A DNA stretch of 64,000 bases from an uncultured Planctomycetaceae bacterium (GCA_963813715.1 CAWFAK010000009.1:352001-416000), one strand, 5' to 3'. Positions 42,857-53,228 are shown, numbered from the stretch's first letter. Made by a program: numbers and translations. The notes: generated by a model from the letters alone, not told the origin.

Positions 42857-44161
42857 ATGAAAGCGAAAATCCCGCTCGCCTGCCGCGTCGGCTCACCTCG
42901 ATCCAGCTTGGCGCGGTATGCCGCGGGTGTCTTCGCGGTTGTCGTTCTCTTGGCGAACAGCCGTCGCAGCGCCTCAGCCGCTGTTCCGCCCGCGGCGCCG
43001 CGTCCACCCGCCGACATCAAGGCTGCCGACCATCCCTGGGACGACGGCACGAAGATCGACGTGACGTTTGCCCTGTCACCGGACGACCGCCCGGATGCGA
43101 AGCCCAAGATCGTCGCGTTTTACACAGTCGAGCGGTCTGGCGAGCGCGACGGCGCCTTCGAGCCGGTCGGCGCACCGCTCATCCCCGGTCAAGCCGCCTA
43201 TAAGACCGGCACCATGACCACCACCGTCGACAAGTGCCACCGCGGCGAGCCGTATTTCTTTCGCGTCCGAGCGGTCACCGCCGACGGCCGCAAATCCGCG
43301 CCCGTCGAAACGAGCGAGCCGGTCTACGGCGTCCGCCAATGGTTCGACGGCGATCATTTGTGGCTGGCAATAATCATGGCCATTGTCTGCGGCACGATCG
43401 TCGCGTGCATCGAGCTGGCGCGGCGGGGTTGGCCGGTCAAAATCCGTCGCATCGCCGGGCTCGACGCGGTCGAAGAAGCCGTGGGCCGCGCCACCGAGAT
43501 GGGTCGCACCTGCTTTTTCATCGCGGGCGTTCAGGACCTGAATGAAATGCAGACGGTGGCGGGAATCACCGTGCTGTCGCACGTCGCGAAGGTCGCCGCC
43601 GAATACGATGCTCGCCTCGAGATGCCCACGGCCCGTTCGCTGGTGATGACGACGGCCCGCGAGACGGTGCAGGCTTCGTACCTGGCGGCCGGCCGGCCCG
43701 AATCGTACGTCGAGGACAACATCTATTACGTCACCGACGAGCAGTTCGGCTTCGCCGCATTCGCGACAGGGAAAATGGTTCGCGAGAAACCGGCAGCCTG
43801 CTTTTACATGGGCTGCTTTTTCGCTGAATCATTGATGCTTGCCGAGACGGCCAACACGGTCGGGGCGATTCAAATCGCCGGCACGGCCGAGCCGGCGCAG
43901 CTCCCGTTCTTCGTTGCGGCCTGCGACTACACGCTGATCGGCGAGGAGTTTTATGCCGCGTCGGCGTACCTCTCGGGGGATCCCGATCAACTCGGCAGCC
44001 TCAAAGGCCAGGACTTCGGTAAGTTGTTCGTCACCTGTTTACTCGTGATTGGCTCGCTGCTCGCCACCGGAGTCGTACTGGCCGGTCGAGTGAATCTGCC
44101 GGCAGCCCGGTCGGCACTCTCCCAGGCGACGACCTACTTAACCGACACGATTTTGAAATAA
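42857..44161 (+). CDS. FN3-like + DUF6754-type membrane protein
   Basis: Signal peptide; YFFRVRAV FN3-like strand; IRRIAGLDAVEEAVGRATEMG, QLPFFVAACDYTLIGEEFYAASAYLS. Confidence 0.8.
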   Translation: MKAKIPLACRVGSPRSSLARYAAGVFAVVVLLANSRRSASAAVPPAAPRPPADIKAADHPWDDGTKIDVTFALSPDDRPDAKPKIVAFYTVERSGERDGAFEPVGAPLIPGQAAYKTGTMTTTVDKCHRGEPYFFRVRAVTADGRKSAPVETSEPVYGVRQWFDGDHLWLAIIMAIVCGTIVACIELARRGWPVKIRRIAGLDAVEEAVGRATEMGRTCFFIAGVQDLNEMQTVAGITVLSHVAKVAAEYDARLEMPTARSLVMTTARETVQASYLAAGRPESYVEDNIYYVTDEQFGFAAFATGKMVREKPAACFYMGCFFAESLMLAETANTVGAIQIAGTAEPAQLPFFVAACDYTLIGEEFYAASAYLSGDPDQLGSLKGQDFGKLFVTCLLVIGSLLATGVVLAGRVNLPAARSALSQATTYLTDTILK

Positions 44162-44174
44162 GAGAGCGACCCGA

Positions 44175-46032
44175 ATGAAGCGGATGATTCCCTTACTGAT
44201 CGCGGCGATGGCCGGCTACGTGCTTGTCGCCTCGCGCTTCATTCCGCTCGCCGAAAAATGGGGCGAAGTCGAGGCGATCTGGTTCGACGTCCTGGCGGCC
44301 ATTGCCTTCGTGCTCGGCGGCGGGAGCCTGCTCAAGCTGCATCTGCGTCGCATCAGCGACCGCGCGACGGGCTGGGGCTATTCGGCCATAACGCTGGCCG
44401 CCTTCCTCGCCACCTTGTACGTGGGCGTTGCGAAGACGGGGGCCCGCCCCTCGCAGGAGCAGGAATTCTACGGCGAATCGTTTGCCGTCCTGAAATTGGA
44501 GGATCTCCCCGAAAGCCTGACCTATCGAGTGACCGGGAGAATCCCCGAGCGGGCGGACGACGAACCGTTGCCGCTTTCCGTGCAGCGGCAGCTCAGCCAA
44601 TCGGGCGGTGACCTCGTGTTTCACGGTTGGATTTCGGGGCAACAACAAGGCGAACTCTTGAGATTCAAGGAAGACCTGGCCTGGCAATGCGCCGTTGAAA
44701 AACTCTTTGCGACGGCTCAACCCCCCGCCGCGTTCAAGGGCAAGGTGACGTATCTCGCCGACTACTCCCAGCTCAGCTTTCGGGGATTCATGACCGACGC
44801 CGACCATGAGACGTTGCTCAAGCTCGGCATGAATGAGGCGTACGTGGCCGCCGTCGAAGCGCTGTGGAAGGCGAGCCGGGCCGAGTCGGAAGTCTCCGTC
44901 GAGTGGCTGCCTCCCGGCTTCAGCATCCCTGCCGCCCAGCGAGCGTATCTCTCGTACGACGAAGGCAAACACAAGCTGCGGATTCGCGGGCCGATGTCGG
45001 TCGCTCTTCGCGATGAGCTGGCCCGCGACCATTTCCCGCTCGTGCGTCCAACCACGGCGGAACAGCGGGCCGCCTTCCTCAACGAACTCGAATCCCACGG
45101 CGGAAAGCTGAGCGAAGTACAAGCTCGTGCCCTCGACGCGGTGCTCGCCAACGGCTGGCCGGTCGACGGCCTGCGACTCGTTTTGGACGAAGCGGGCCAT
45201 GCGCTCCCCGCAGAAAAGTCAGCCTGTGACCTCTACCAGGAGCAGCAGGCCGCCAAGGGAGTGGCTGCAGCCACTCCCAAACCGACGCCGCCGAAAGCGG
45301 AACCCGACGTGAAATTAAACGACCGCCAAAAGGCTGCGATCGATGAATTCGTCCGTGAATCGACCGAGACCGTCGACGACTTGGCCGCGCCGCTTGATGG
45401 CGGCCGGTCCATTCACGGCGCGCCAGGAGGCCTCGCTTCGGGAGTTTTTCGCGAAGGTGCCGACCGTCGGCGACCAGAAGCTCGAGGCGTGCATCGCCAT
45501 TCTCCGCGTCGGTCCGCTCCCACGGGACCAGCGCAACTTTCTCCGGGACGATTACCGTCACCAGAACCAGTGGCGGCAGACCGTGGGCGACCTCTTCGTG
45601 CGGGCGCACAAAGTGAAATATCCCTGGTCGGGTCAGTACAACTCGCCCGGCTCCTGGTTCGGCTGGGCTTACGAATACATCTTCAAGCCGTGCACGGCGA
45701 CGATGTTCGCCCTCTTGGCCTTTTACGTCGCGTCCGCCGCCTTTCGTGCCTTCAGGGCCAAGAACTTCGAGGCCCTGCTGCTTTTGGGGACGGCCTTCAT
45801 CATCCTCTTGAGCCAAACGTTCGCCGGCTATTGGCTCACCTCGTGGCTCCCCTCCGACCCGCAGCAGAATGCACTCGCGTGGCTACGAATGGAGAACCTG
45901 AAGATCCTGATCATGCGAGTCTTTGCGACGGCGGGCACCCGCGCGATCATGATCGGCATCGCGCTGGGCCTCGCCTCGACGTCGATCAAGATCATGTTGG
46001 GGCAAGACCGCTCGTACGTGGGGAGGGACTGA
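44175..46032 (+). CDS. Multi-TM membrane protein with a large soluble insertion (frameshift near 45390)
   Basis: N-terminal TMs; C-terminal ATMFALLAFYVASAAFRAFRA and RAIMIGIALG...LGQDR. Confidence 0.8.
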
Positions 46033-46035
46033 CCC

Positions 46036-46902
46036 ATGCGGTTCAACTGGGACAACATCGATCGCCGCTGGATCTTCCTGATGATGCTCATCACGGTCGC
46101 GGGACCGATCATTTGGCAGCTCGCCTTCCCGGAAATTCCGACCCCCTACGCCCGCGCGGTCTTCGACGCGATTGAAGATTTGAAGCCGGGCGACAAAGTG
46201 CTCGTCGCCTTCGATTATGACCCAGCCAGCGAAGCCGAGCTGGGCCCGATGGCCACCGACTTCGTGCACCACTGCTGCGAGAAGAAGGTGAAGATGTATT
46301 TCGTTTCTCTCTGGCCGGTCGGTCCCGTCATGGTCCAGGACGCCATTCGCAACATCATCGAGGCCGACTACCCCCAGATGGTGTACGGGCAGGACTATGT
46401 CAACCTGGGCTACAAGTCGGGCTACGAGGGCGTGATTAAGGTCATCGTGACGGACCTTCGCAGCCTCTACCCAACCGATACCCGCGGCAACAGCATCGAT
46501 CAGCTTCCGATGTGCCGCGACGTCAAGAACATTCAGAGCATGAAGCTCATCGTCGACGTCAGTGCCGGCTACGCAGGGGCGAAAGAATGGGTCCAATACG
46601 CGGCCGTTCCTTACGCCGACAAGATGAAGCTTGTCAGCGGTTCGACCGGCGTGCAGTCGCCGCAGCTCTTCCCGTATCTTCCGGACCAGATGGCCGGGCT
46701 GTTGGGGGGAATCAAAGGGGCAGCGGAGTACGAAATGCTGGTCAACGAGAGGTACAGTGGCCCGACACCCGCCCCGAAGTATCAGGAAGCCCTCCGCCGG
46801 ATGGGTCCGCAGCTTTTCGCCCACCTGTTGATGATCGGCCTGATCATCGCGGGCAACGTGATCTATTTCACCCAACGCCGCCGTGAGGGCCGCTCGCGAT
46901 GA
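46036..46902 (+). CDS. Conserved hypothetical membrane-anchored protein
   Basis: IDRRWIFL TM, FDYDP..AEL.PM, YGQDYVNLGY, GLLGGIKGAAEYE, C-terminal TM. Confidence 0.8.
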   Translation: MRFNWDNIDRRWIFLMMLITVAGPIIWQLAFPEIPTPYARAVFDAIEDLKPGDKVLVAFDYDPASEAELGPMATDFVHHCCEKKVKMYFVSLWPVGPVMVQDAIRNIIEADYPQMVYGQDYVNLGYKSGYEGVIKVIVTDLRSLYPTDTRGNSIDQLPMCRDVKNIQSMKLIVDVSAGYAGAKEWVQYAAVPYADKMKLVSGSTGVQSPQLFPYLPDQMAGLLGGIKGAAEYEMLVNERYSGPTPAPKYQEALRRMGPQLFAHLLMIGLIIAGNVIYFTQRRREGRSR

Positions 46903-47774
46903 AAAACGAGACCCGGATTTGGCTCGTGATTTTTGTGTTCTTCGCCGGCTTCCTGGCGTGGCGGGTGGGTGACGCCGGCGCCAGCCGGCAGTACGTGCGG
47001 GAACTCGATGGGCGCGTCGCTCCCGCGACCCTCGGCGACTTGGTTGCGGGAACGGCGCAGTTCAGCTTTTCGCGCACGGTCGGAGTCTGGGTTGCGGCCG
47101 CCCTGACGCTCGGCATCTTTTCGTTCCTCTATCGCGATAACGCGTTCTACAAGCTGGCAGAATCCGTGCTGGTCGGCGTGTCGGCCGCCTATTGGATGGT
47201 GGTGGCATATTGGGACGTTCTGATTCCCAACCTCTTTGGCAAGCTCTGGCCATCCTGGGTGCAATCTTGGGCCATTCCGGGTCTTTCGCCGCAGCACGAC
47301 GAGTTCTGGTACGCCTACTTCGTTCCGCTCGGGTTGGGAGTCATGCTCTTGTGGAGGCTCTCGCCCCGCGGCGGCTGGATCGGCGTATGGCCCCTGGCTT
47401 TTACGATCGGTGCCACCGCCGGATTGAGGTTGGTCGGCTATTTTCAGGCCGACTTCCTCGGCCAAATCCGCAACGGCATCGTGTCGCTGGCGATTTTCAA
47501 GGACTCTCATTTTGAGTGGGAACGCTCGATCGAAAATGTGGTGCTCGTCACCGGCACCCTGGCTTGCCTGTCCTACTTCTTCTTTTCCTTCGAGCACAAA
47601 GGCGCGCTCGGTCGCATCTCTCGGGTTGGCGTGTGGGTGCTGATGATCACCTTCGGCGCCGGCTTCGGGTACACGGTGATGGGACGCATCGCTTTGTTGG
47701 CCGGCCGACTCGAATTCCTGTTTGACGATTGGCTGTGGCTGATCGATCAGAACCATACGCGCATCTGGCAGTGA
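46899..47774 (+). CDS. Conserved hypothetical multi-TM protein
   Basis: LTLGIFSFLYRDNAFYKLAE, LSYFFFS, MITFGAGFGYTVMGR; ATGA overlap. Confidence 0.8.
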   Translation: MKNETRIWLVIFVFFAGFLAWRVGDAGASRQYVRELDGRVAPATLGDLVAGTAQFSFSRTVGVWVAAALTLGIFSFLYRDNAFYKLAESVLVGVSAAYWMVVAYWDVLIPNLFGKLWPSWVQSWAIPGLSPQHDEFWYAYFVPLGLGVMLLWRLSPRGGWIGVWPLAFTIGATAGLRLVGYFQADFLGQIRNGIVSLAIFKDSHFEWERSIENVVLVTGTLACLSYFFFSFEHKGALGRISRVGVWVLMITFGAGFGYTVMGRIALLAGRLEFLFDDWLWLIDQNHTRIWQ

Positions 47775-47787
47775 CGGAGTCGAAGCT

Positions 47788-48870
47788 TTGCGGCGTTTCT
47801 TCGCATTGATTCTGGCAGCCGCGGTCCTCCACTCGGCCCAGCCGACGCGGATTCTTAGCGACGAACCGCCGGTCTACCGCGAGCACCAGGATCTGCGCTA
47901 TTACCTCGACGCCCGTGGGGATCGACATCCGATCCGAACGGTTGCCGACTGGGAGATCCGTCGCGCGCACATCCTGGCGCACCTGCAGGAAGTGATGGGG
48001 CCACTGCCGCACCCGTCGCACCCGGTGTCGCTCGACGTCCGGACGCTCGAGACGGTTTCGCTCGGCCCCATCGTCCGCCGTAAAATCGACTACCACACCG
48101 ATTCACCAAAACGCCGCGTGTCAGCCTACTTGTTTGTGCCGGCCAATAGCTCGGGCCGGCACCCGGCCGTGCTGTGCCTGCACCAAACCATCCACATCGG
48201 CAAAGAGGAGCCGGCGGGCCTGGGCTCGAATCGAGACCTCCAATACGCGCTCGAATTGGCGCAGCGAGGCTACGTGACGCTGGCTCCCGACTACCCGTCG
48301 TTCGGCGAATACAAATACGACTTTCCTCCGCAGGATGGATACGTCAGCGGCACGATGAAAGCGATTTACGACAACATTCGCGCGATCGACTTGTTGCAGT
48401 CGCTGCCGGACGTCGACCCGGAACGCGTCGGCTGCATCGGCCACTCGCTGGGCGGACACAATTCGATCTTTACGGCGACGTTCGATCCGCGGATCAAGGC
48501 CGTCGTTTCCAACTGCGGCTTCACGCGGTTCCACAAGTACTACGGCGGCAAACTCAAAGGCTGGGACAGCCCGCGCTATATGCCGCGGATCGCCAGCGTT
48601 TATGGCGACAATCCGGACCGAGTTCCGTTCGATTTTCCGGAAATCATCGCGGCGCTGGCTCCGCGGGCCTTTCTGGCGAGTTCCCCACTGCACGACGACA
48701 ACTTCGAAGTGTCGGGCGTCCGGGACGTGATCGCTGCTGCCCGGCCGATCTACGCGCTCTTCGGCGTGCCGGACAACCTGGCCGCCAATTACCCGGATGC
48801 CAAGCATTCATTCCCGCCAGCGGCGCGCGAGGTGGCTTACAAGTTCTTGGATCGCCACCTCAAGCGGTAA
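47788..48870 (+). CDS. Secreted alpha/beta hydrolase (dienelactone hydrolase-like)
   Basis: Signal peptide, GCIGHSLGG nucleophile elbow, D and HSF triad candidates. Confidence 0.88.
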   Translation: MRRFFALILAAAVLHSAQPTRILSDEPPVYREHQDLRYYLDARGDRHPIRTVADWEIRRAHILAHLQEVMGPLPHPSHPVSLDVRTLETVSLGPIVRRKIDYHTDSPKRRVSAYLFVPANSSGRHPAVLCLHQTIHIGKEEPAGLGSNRDLQYALELAQRGYVTLAPDYPSFGEYKYDFPPQDGYVSGTMKAIYDNIRAIDLLQSLPDVDPERVGCIGHSLGGHNSIFTATFDPRIKAVVSNCGFTRFHKYYGGKLKGWDSPRYMPRIASVYGDNPDRVPFDFPEIIAALAPRAFLASSPLHDDNFEVSGVRDVIAAARPIYALFGVPDNLAANYPDAKHSFPPAAREVAYKFLDRHLKR

Positions 48871-49826
48871 GTCGCGACGAAGGATCGAAGAGCAGACCAA
48901 GGCGAAAAGACACCGCTTATTGCATGCGCGGCTCTGAAGACGGCGGCGGCATGCTGCTTAGAGCGCGTCGGCCACTTGCCGCTCGGGCGCAGGCGGGCCA
49001 TATAGCTCATCGACCGCTCCTGGAAGTCGGGGCAGTCCTTCGCCAGGCGACGGCTGATCGGCTTGGGATCCGAGTTCGTCCGCAGGTCATTCAAATATGC
49101 CAGCAGCGTGCGTTTGGCCTCGGGAGGGCCGTGCATCATGAAGTGCACCCACGCCCAGGCTTCCTGATAGTCGGAGCGGCGCATCGCGGCGTTGTCGTCG
49201 AAGTTTTCCAGCCGCTTCAGGTCCGGCTGCCAGCCCTGGGCCAGCAACATCGAGAGCTTGGTGGCATACTCGCGATTGATGCCGCCCGGCTGCGAGCCCG
49301 GGATCTCGAAGTATTCTGCCAGGCCCTCGTCGAGCCAGAGCGGCACCCGCTTCATCGCCGAATGCAAGAGGCCGTGCGTGTATTCGTGTCGCAGGTCTTC
49401 ACGCACGCTCTGTCCCCAATGCGTGTAAACCGCCAGCTCCGTTGCCGAGCCGACAAAATACGCGCTTCGCGGCGGTAGCTTGGGGTAGGTCACCGCCATG
49501 TACTTGCGATATTCAGTCTCGTTGTTGAACAGGTAGATGACGACCGGGTCGCGCTGCAACGGCAAGTCGAGCACCTTGGCTTCCTGTTCGCGGAGCGTGG
49601 TCAGCTCGCGAATCAGCTCGTGATCCTTCTGCAACTTGAAATTGCTCAAGACGAGCAATTGGTCGCGCTCGCACTTCACCTCGTACTTGACTGGCAGGCC
49701 GATCGGACGCTCGACCGATTGGCACCCCGTGAAAGCCAGCACGACCGCGATCAACAAGGCCGCGGCCCGGGCCGTCTGGCCAAGCGGATTTCCGGACGCC
49801 GTTGCAAGTGTGGACAGGCTATCCAT
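48837..49826 (-). CDS. DUF1570-type zinc metallopeptidase-like lipoprotein
   Basis: FTGC lipobox, HEYTH, PLWLDEGLAEYF, YQEAWAWVHF. True stop may be near 48958 via a frameshift. Confidence 0.8.
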   Translation of the reverse strand: MDSLSTLATASGNPLGQTARAAALLIAVVLAFTGCQSVERPIGLPVKYEVKCERDQLLVLSNFKLQKDHELIRELTTLREQEAKVLDLPLQRDPVVIYLFNNETEYRKYMAVTYPKLPPRSAYFVGSATELAVYTHWGQSVREDLRHEYTHGLLHSAMKRVPLWLDEGLAEYFEIPGSQPGGINREYATKLSMLLAQGWQPDLKRLENFDDNAAMRRSDYQEAWAWVHFMMHGPPEAKRTLLAYLNDLRTNSDPKPISRRLAKDCPDFQERSMSYMARLRPSGKWPTRSKQHAAAVFRAAHAISGVFSPWSALRSFVATYRLRWRSKNL

Positions 49827-51595
49827 GCGGGGACGAGAGGCTGCGATCGCGCGCAAAGAGACTTCCATTCGGAGGCGAAGCGATCGCCCCGATATTTCTT
49901 GAGAAATCGCAGCCGGTGCGTCAGGCGCAACTCGGGAAACGCCGACAGACTGGCTTCGAGCTGTCCGAGCATGCGGTTGACGCTTCGTTGCGGCAGAAAG
50001 CGCCGGCGGACGATGCGATCTGCGCCGCCGATCTGAACCGAGCAGTCGCCGGCGTCGACGTTGACCAGGAGATCCGCGGCCGACAGGCGTCGATGGACGA
50101 GCGAAAATTCCCGCATTCGCGCCAGTTCGCCAGCCAGCATCCGCGCACTGGCGTTGATCCAGGCTTCCCGTTGCCGCGGTGAGAGACCGGGGAATTGTTG
50201 AGCCAGAAACGTCGCCGGCGTCACATTGCGGCCCGAACGCTCGACAACGAGGATTTCTCGAACTCGCGACACGGAACGCGTTTCGAGATAGAGCAGCGTT
50301 CGCGGCGTCGACACGCCTCGCCGACGCAGGGCGTGCGTCATCTCCCAGACGCGCCGCGTCGCCGACCAACCGAGTCGTGGCAAGAGATCGCGCCAGCCCA
50401 GCGGACGGGACGTTTCTCGGACCTCGCAGCGGAGGGAAGTCCCGGCTGCCCACAGGTCCACCACCGCCGCCCGAACGGAATTCGTCCGCCGCAGCCACAG
50501 GCGGACACGGTCGGCGCGGAAGAGCGTGTCGGGATTGGCACGCAACTCGAGCACCTGATCCGTTCCGAGGATCGCCAGGCCCCGACAGCGAATGCCAGGC
50601 GAGTCGCCCACGATCAGCCGACGATTGGAACGTTGCCACTTCTTGTCGTAGCGGCGCTGTTCTTGCCTGAGCGCATGTCTGCAAAACGCTTCAATCTGCC
50701 CGGCCAGTTGACGGTGCGAGCGATGCTCCGCGCGGGCAACAGTCGTGGACGAGCTACTTGTGAGCGTGGCCGCGGAATCCGCGTGGACTTCACGCAGATA
50801 AGCGTCCAAAAAACGCCAGCGGTCGGCGCGACCGGCCGTTTGAAAGAAGTTGAAGAGTCCAAACAAATCCCATCGCGCCCGTGCCGCGCGGCGAAAAATA
50901 ATGCCCCATTTGCGCCGCGGCCGCACGCCCTGCAGATCGATGAGCTTCAATCGGATCGGCGACGGGACACTCATGCAGGCCGCGTCATCCGTCACCTCGA
51001 CCAGAAGATTGGCCGGATGCAAATCGCGATGGACGAGGCCCGCCCGATGCAGCCGGCCACACAGCCTTCCGAGCGCACGGGCCAATTCGCGTCGAAACGC
51101 AGGGGTCCGAAGCGAAGCGTACTGCGGATCGCGGGCCACGCTGTCTAAGGGAATTGCTTTCTCGATCGCCGAGCTAGCGAGGAAACTGTCTCGGGCGAGC
51201 GGGCCGCGTGACTGGCAGCCGAGGGCGACGCAGGTCATCGTCTCGATGTTGGCGGCCGCCACCGCCTGCACCGCGTGGGCCTCGCGGGCAGCGGGCGTAC
51301 CGCGCAGTGTGTTTCGCAAGATTTCCCACGTGTGCGACGTCTTGAAGTGCTTGAGGAAGATGACGCCCGAGGGCAGCTCGACGCGATACACCGATCGATG
51401 CGGCCCCGATTTGACGGTCGTCACGCCATCAAGAACGCCGCTCGCGTTCCGATCGACCGTGCCACTTGAAGCCAGTGCAGACGCGTGCGGCGACGCGGAG
51501 CACAACGTCAGAAAGCCCGCGTCATACAGCTCGCGCACCACGCGTTCGTCGCCGTGCCAGGTCACGTCGCCCGGAGTGCGCGGACTCAGAGTCAT
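49751..51595 (-). CDS. Lipopolysaccharide kinase (Kdo/WaaP/InaA family), tandem domains
   Basis: VKSGPHRSVYR, FLKHF, LHRAGLVHRDLHPANLL, LIDL, RWRFLDAY; second degenerate domain. Confidence 0.8.
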   Translation of the reverse strand: MTLSPRTPGDVTWHGDERVVRELYDAGFLTLCSASPHASALASSGTVDRNASGVLDGVTTVKSGPHRSVYRVELPSGVIFLKHFKTSHTWEILRNTLRGTPAAREAHAVQAVAAANIETMTCVALGCQSRGPLARDSFLASSAIEKAIPLDSVARDPQYASLRTPAFRRELARALGRLCGRLHRAGLVHRDLHPANLLVEVTDDAACMSVPSPIRLKLIDLQGVRPRRKWGIIFRRAARARWDLFGLFNFFQTAGRADRWRFLDAYLREVHADSAATLTSSSSTTVARAEHRSHRQLAGQIEAFCRHALRQEQRRYDKKWQRSNRRLIVGDSPGIRCRGLAILGTDQVLELRANPDTLFRADRVRLWLRRTNSVRAAVVDLWAAGTSLRCEVRETSRPLGWRDLLPRLGWSATRRVWEMTHALRRRGVSTPRTLLYLETRSVSRVREILVVERSGRNVTPATFLAQQFPGLSPRQREAWINASARMLAGELARMREFSLVHRRLSAADLLVNVDAGDCSVQIGGADRIVRRRFLPQRSVNRMLGQLEASLSAFPELRLTHRLRFLKKYRGDRFASEWKSLCARSQPLVPAWIACPHLQRRPEIRLARRPGPRPC

Positions 51596-51713
51596 CGCGC
51601 CGTCGGCGATTGCGAGCCGGGTCTGAGATTGGTGTCGGGTCGCTGCGCGATCCATGCCACGATCTTCCGCCGGCCCGTTTGACCCGTCGCTCCCCCGCTC
51701 CGCCCCCGTCGCG

Positions 51714-52031
51714 TCAGTCGACGCGCGAGTCCTCATCGACCTTCTCGGCCTTGTCCATTTTTCGGATCAAATCGTGGAGCAGGTCGTTGTCCGGAGCGGG
51801 GATCAGATCCGTGCGCTTCTGAGCCATAAGCGAGTGGACAAGCTCCGGGTGCGCTTGCCAGTCGGTTGGCCGCCAGTTGCGGACGTCGACGTACAGATCC
51901 GAAAGGCCCGGCTGTTGCTTGGCGATCACCACCAAGCCGTCTTTCCCGTACATCACGTGATACTTGAAAGCGAACGTCATCAGCCCGGCGCCGACAATCA
52001 TTCCCATCACAAACAGGAGCAGCTTGCGCAT
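51714..52031 (-). CDS. Small hypothetical membrane-anchored protein
   Basis: N-terminal TM; YVDVRNW..DWQAHPEL. Confidence 0.7.
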   Translation of the reverse strand: MRKLLLFVMGMIVGAGLMTFAFKYHVMYGKDGLVVIAKQQPGLSDLYVDVRNWRPTDWQAHPELVHSLMAQKRTDLIPAPDNDLLHDLIRKMDKAEKVDEDSRVD

Positions 52032-52157
52032 GAAATCCGTTTCCCCCGCAGGCGTCAGCGATCAGCCAATGGACCGGGCAAAGCGGCGGGATGATGGCAC
52101 AATCCGGGGGATGCGGCAAGACGCGTTCAGGTGCGGAAAGAGCCTGTAAAACCCGCC

Positions 52158-53204
52158 TCAGGTCTCGAAGCGATCACCGGACCGAACCGGGTTGCCGGTC
52201 AGGAATTCGGCAACCGTCATGGCCCGTTTTCCCTCCGGCTGCAGGCGGCGAATTTCAACCGCTCCGCCCGATGCCTGGACCACCATCCGCTGCTTGTCCG
52301 CGATCATAATGCTGCCCGGCGCGGCGGCCACGTCCGCGTGATCTTCGGCGGCCGCAACTTCGAGCACGATCAATCGCAGGGAGCGACCCGAACCGGAGCC
52401 AGCCCCGCCCTCCTTATCGCCCCCCATGACGAGGGTCGAGTAGGCCAGCGGCCAGGGCTGCAGGGCTCGCACCTGGCAGTCGATCTGCCGAGTGGAGCGG
52501 TTCCAATCGATCCGGCCGCTTTCCTTTTTGAGCCGGGGGCGCGGCTGGCTTGCGTCCCATCCTGCACGATGGGTTGGGCGGTCCCGTCGGCGAGTTGATC
52601 GACGACCTTCACGGCCAGCTCCGCGCCGAGACTTGCCAACCGCCCCTCCAGCTCGCCCGACGTCTCGCGCGGCCCGATGGGAGTCCGCTCGATTCCCAAG
52701 ATGGGGCCTGCGTCGAGCTTGGGCTCGATTTGGAAAATCGTCACGCCGGTCTCGGTTTCGCCCTGCAGGATGGCCGTCTGAATCGGGGCCGCGCCGCGGT
52801 ACCTGGGCAGGATCGAAGCGTGCACGTTGATCGCCCCCAGCCGCGGCACCGCCAACAGCTCGGCCGACAGGATCTGCCCGTACGCGGCCACGACGCACAA
52901 ATCGGGCACGAGGGCCGCCAAGTCGGCCACGGCTTCGGTTGTATTCGCTTTTTCGGGCTGAAAGACCGGCAGGCCCCGCTCGAGTGCCAGCTCTTTGAGT
53001 GGATTGACGTGTCGATGATGACCGCGACCGGTGCGATCGGGCTGCGTGAACAAGCCGACGACTGTGTGCTTTCCCTCGAGCAGCGCGAAAAGTCGGCAGG
53101 GCGAAGCCGCCGGTTGCCATCATGACTAAGCGAAGAGCCACGGCTTCACTCCGCGCCGAGTGCCGGCGCTCAGCGGGACGCTTTGTCGCCGCAGGATCGG
53201 ACAT
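52158..53204 (-). CDS. fmt: Methionyl-tRNA formyltransferase (frameshifts near 53090 and 52545)
   Basis: MATGGFALP, TQPDR, VAAYGQIL, INVHASILPRYRGAAPI, LQPEGKRAM. Confidence 0.93.
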   Translation of the reverse strand: MSDPAATKRPAERRHSARSEAVALRLVMMATGGFALPTFRAARGKAHSRRLVHAARSHRSRSSSTRQSTQRAGTRAGPAGLSARKSEYNRSRGRLGGPRARFVRRGRVRADPVGRAVGGAAAGGDQRARFDPAQVPRRGPDSDGHPAGRNRDRRDDFPNRAQARRRPHLGNRADSHRAARDVGRAGGAVGKSRRGAGREGRRSTRRRDRPTHRAGWDASQPRPRLKKESGRIDWNRSTRQIDCQVRALQPWPLAYSTLVMGGDKEGGAGSGSGRSLRLIVLEVAAAEDHADVAAAPGSIMIADKQRMVVQASGGAVEIRRLQPEGKRAMTVAEFLTGNPVRSGDRFET

Positions 53205-53228
53205 TGACTGTTCCGACCGCATCCTCAG

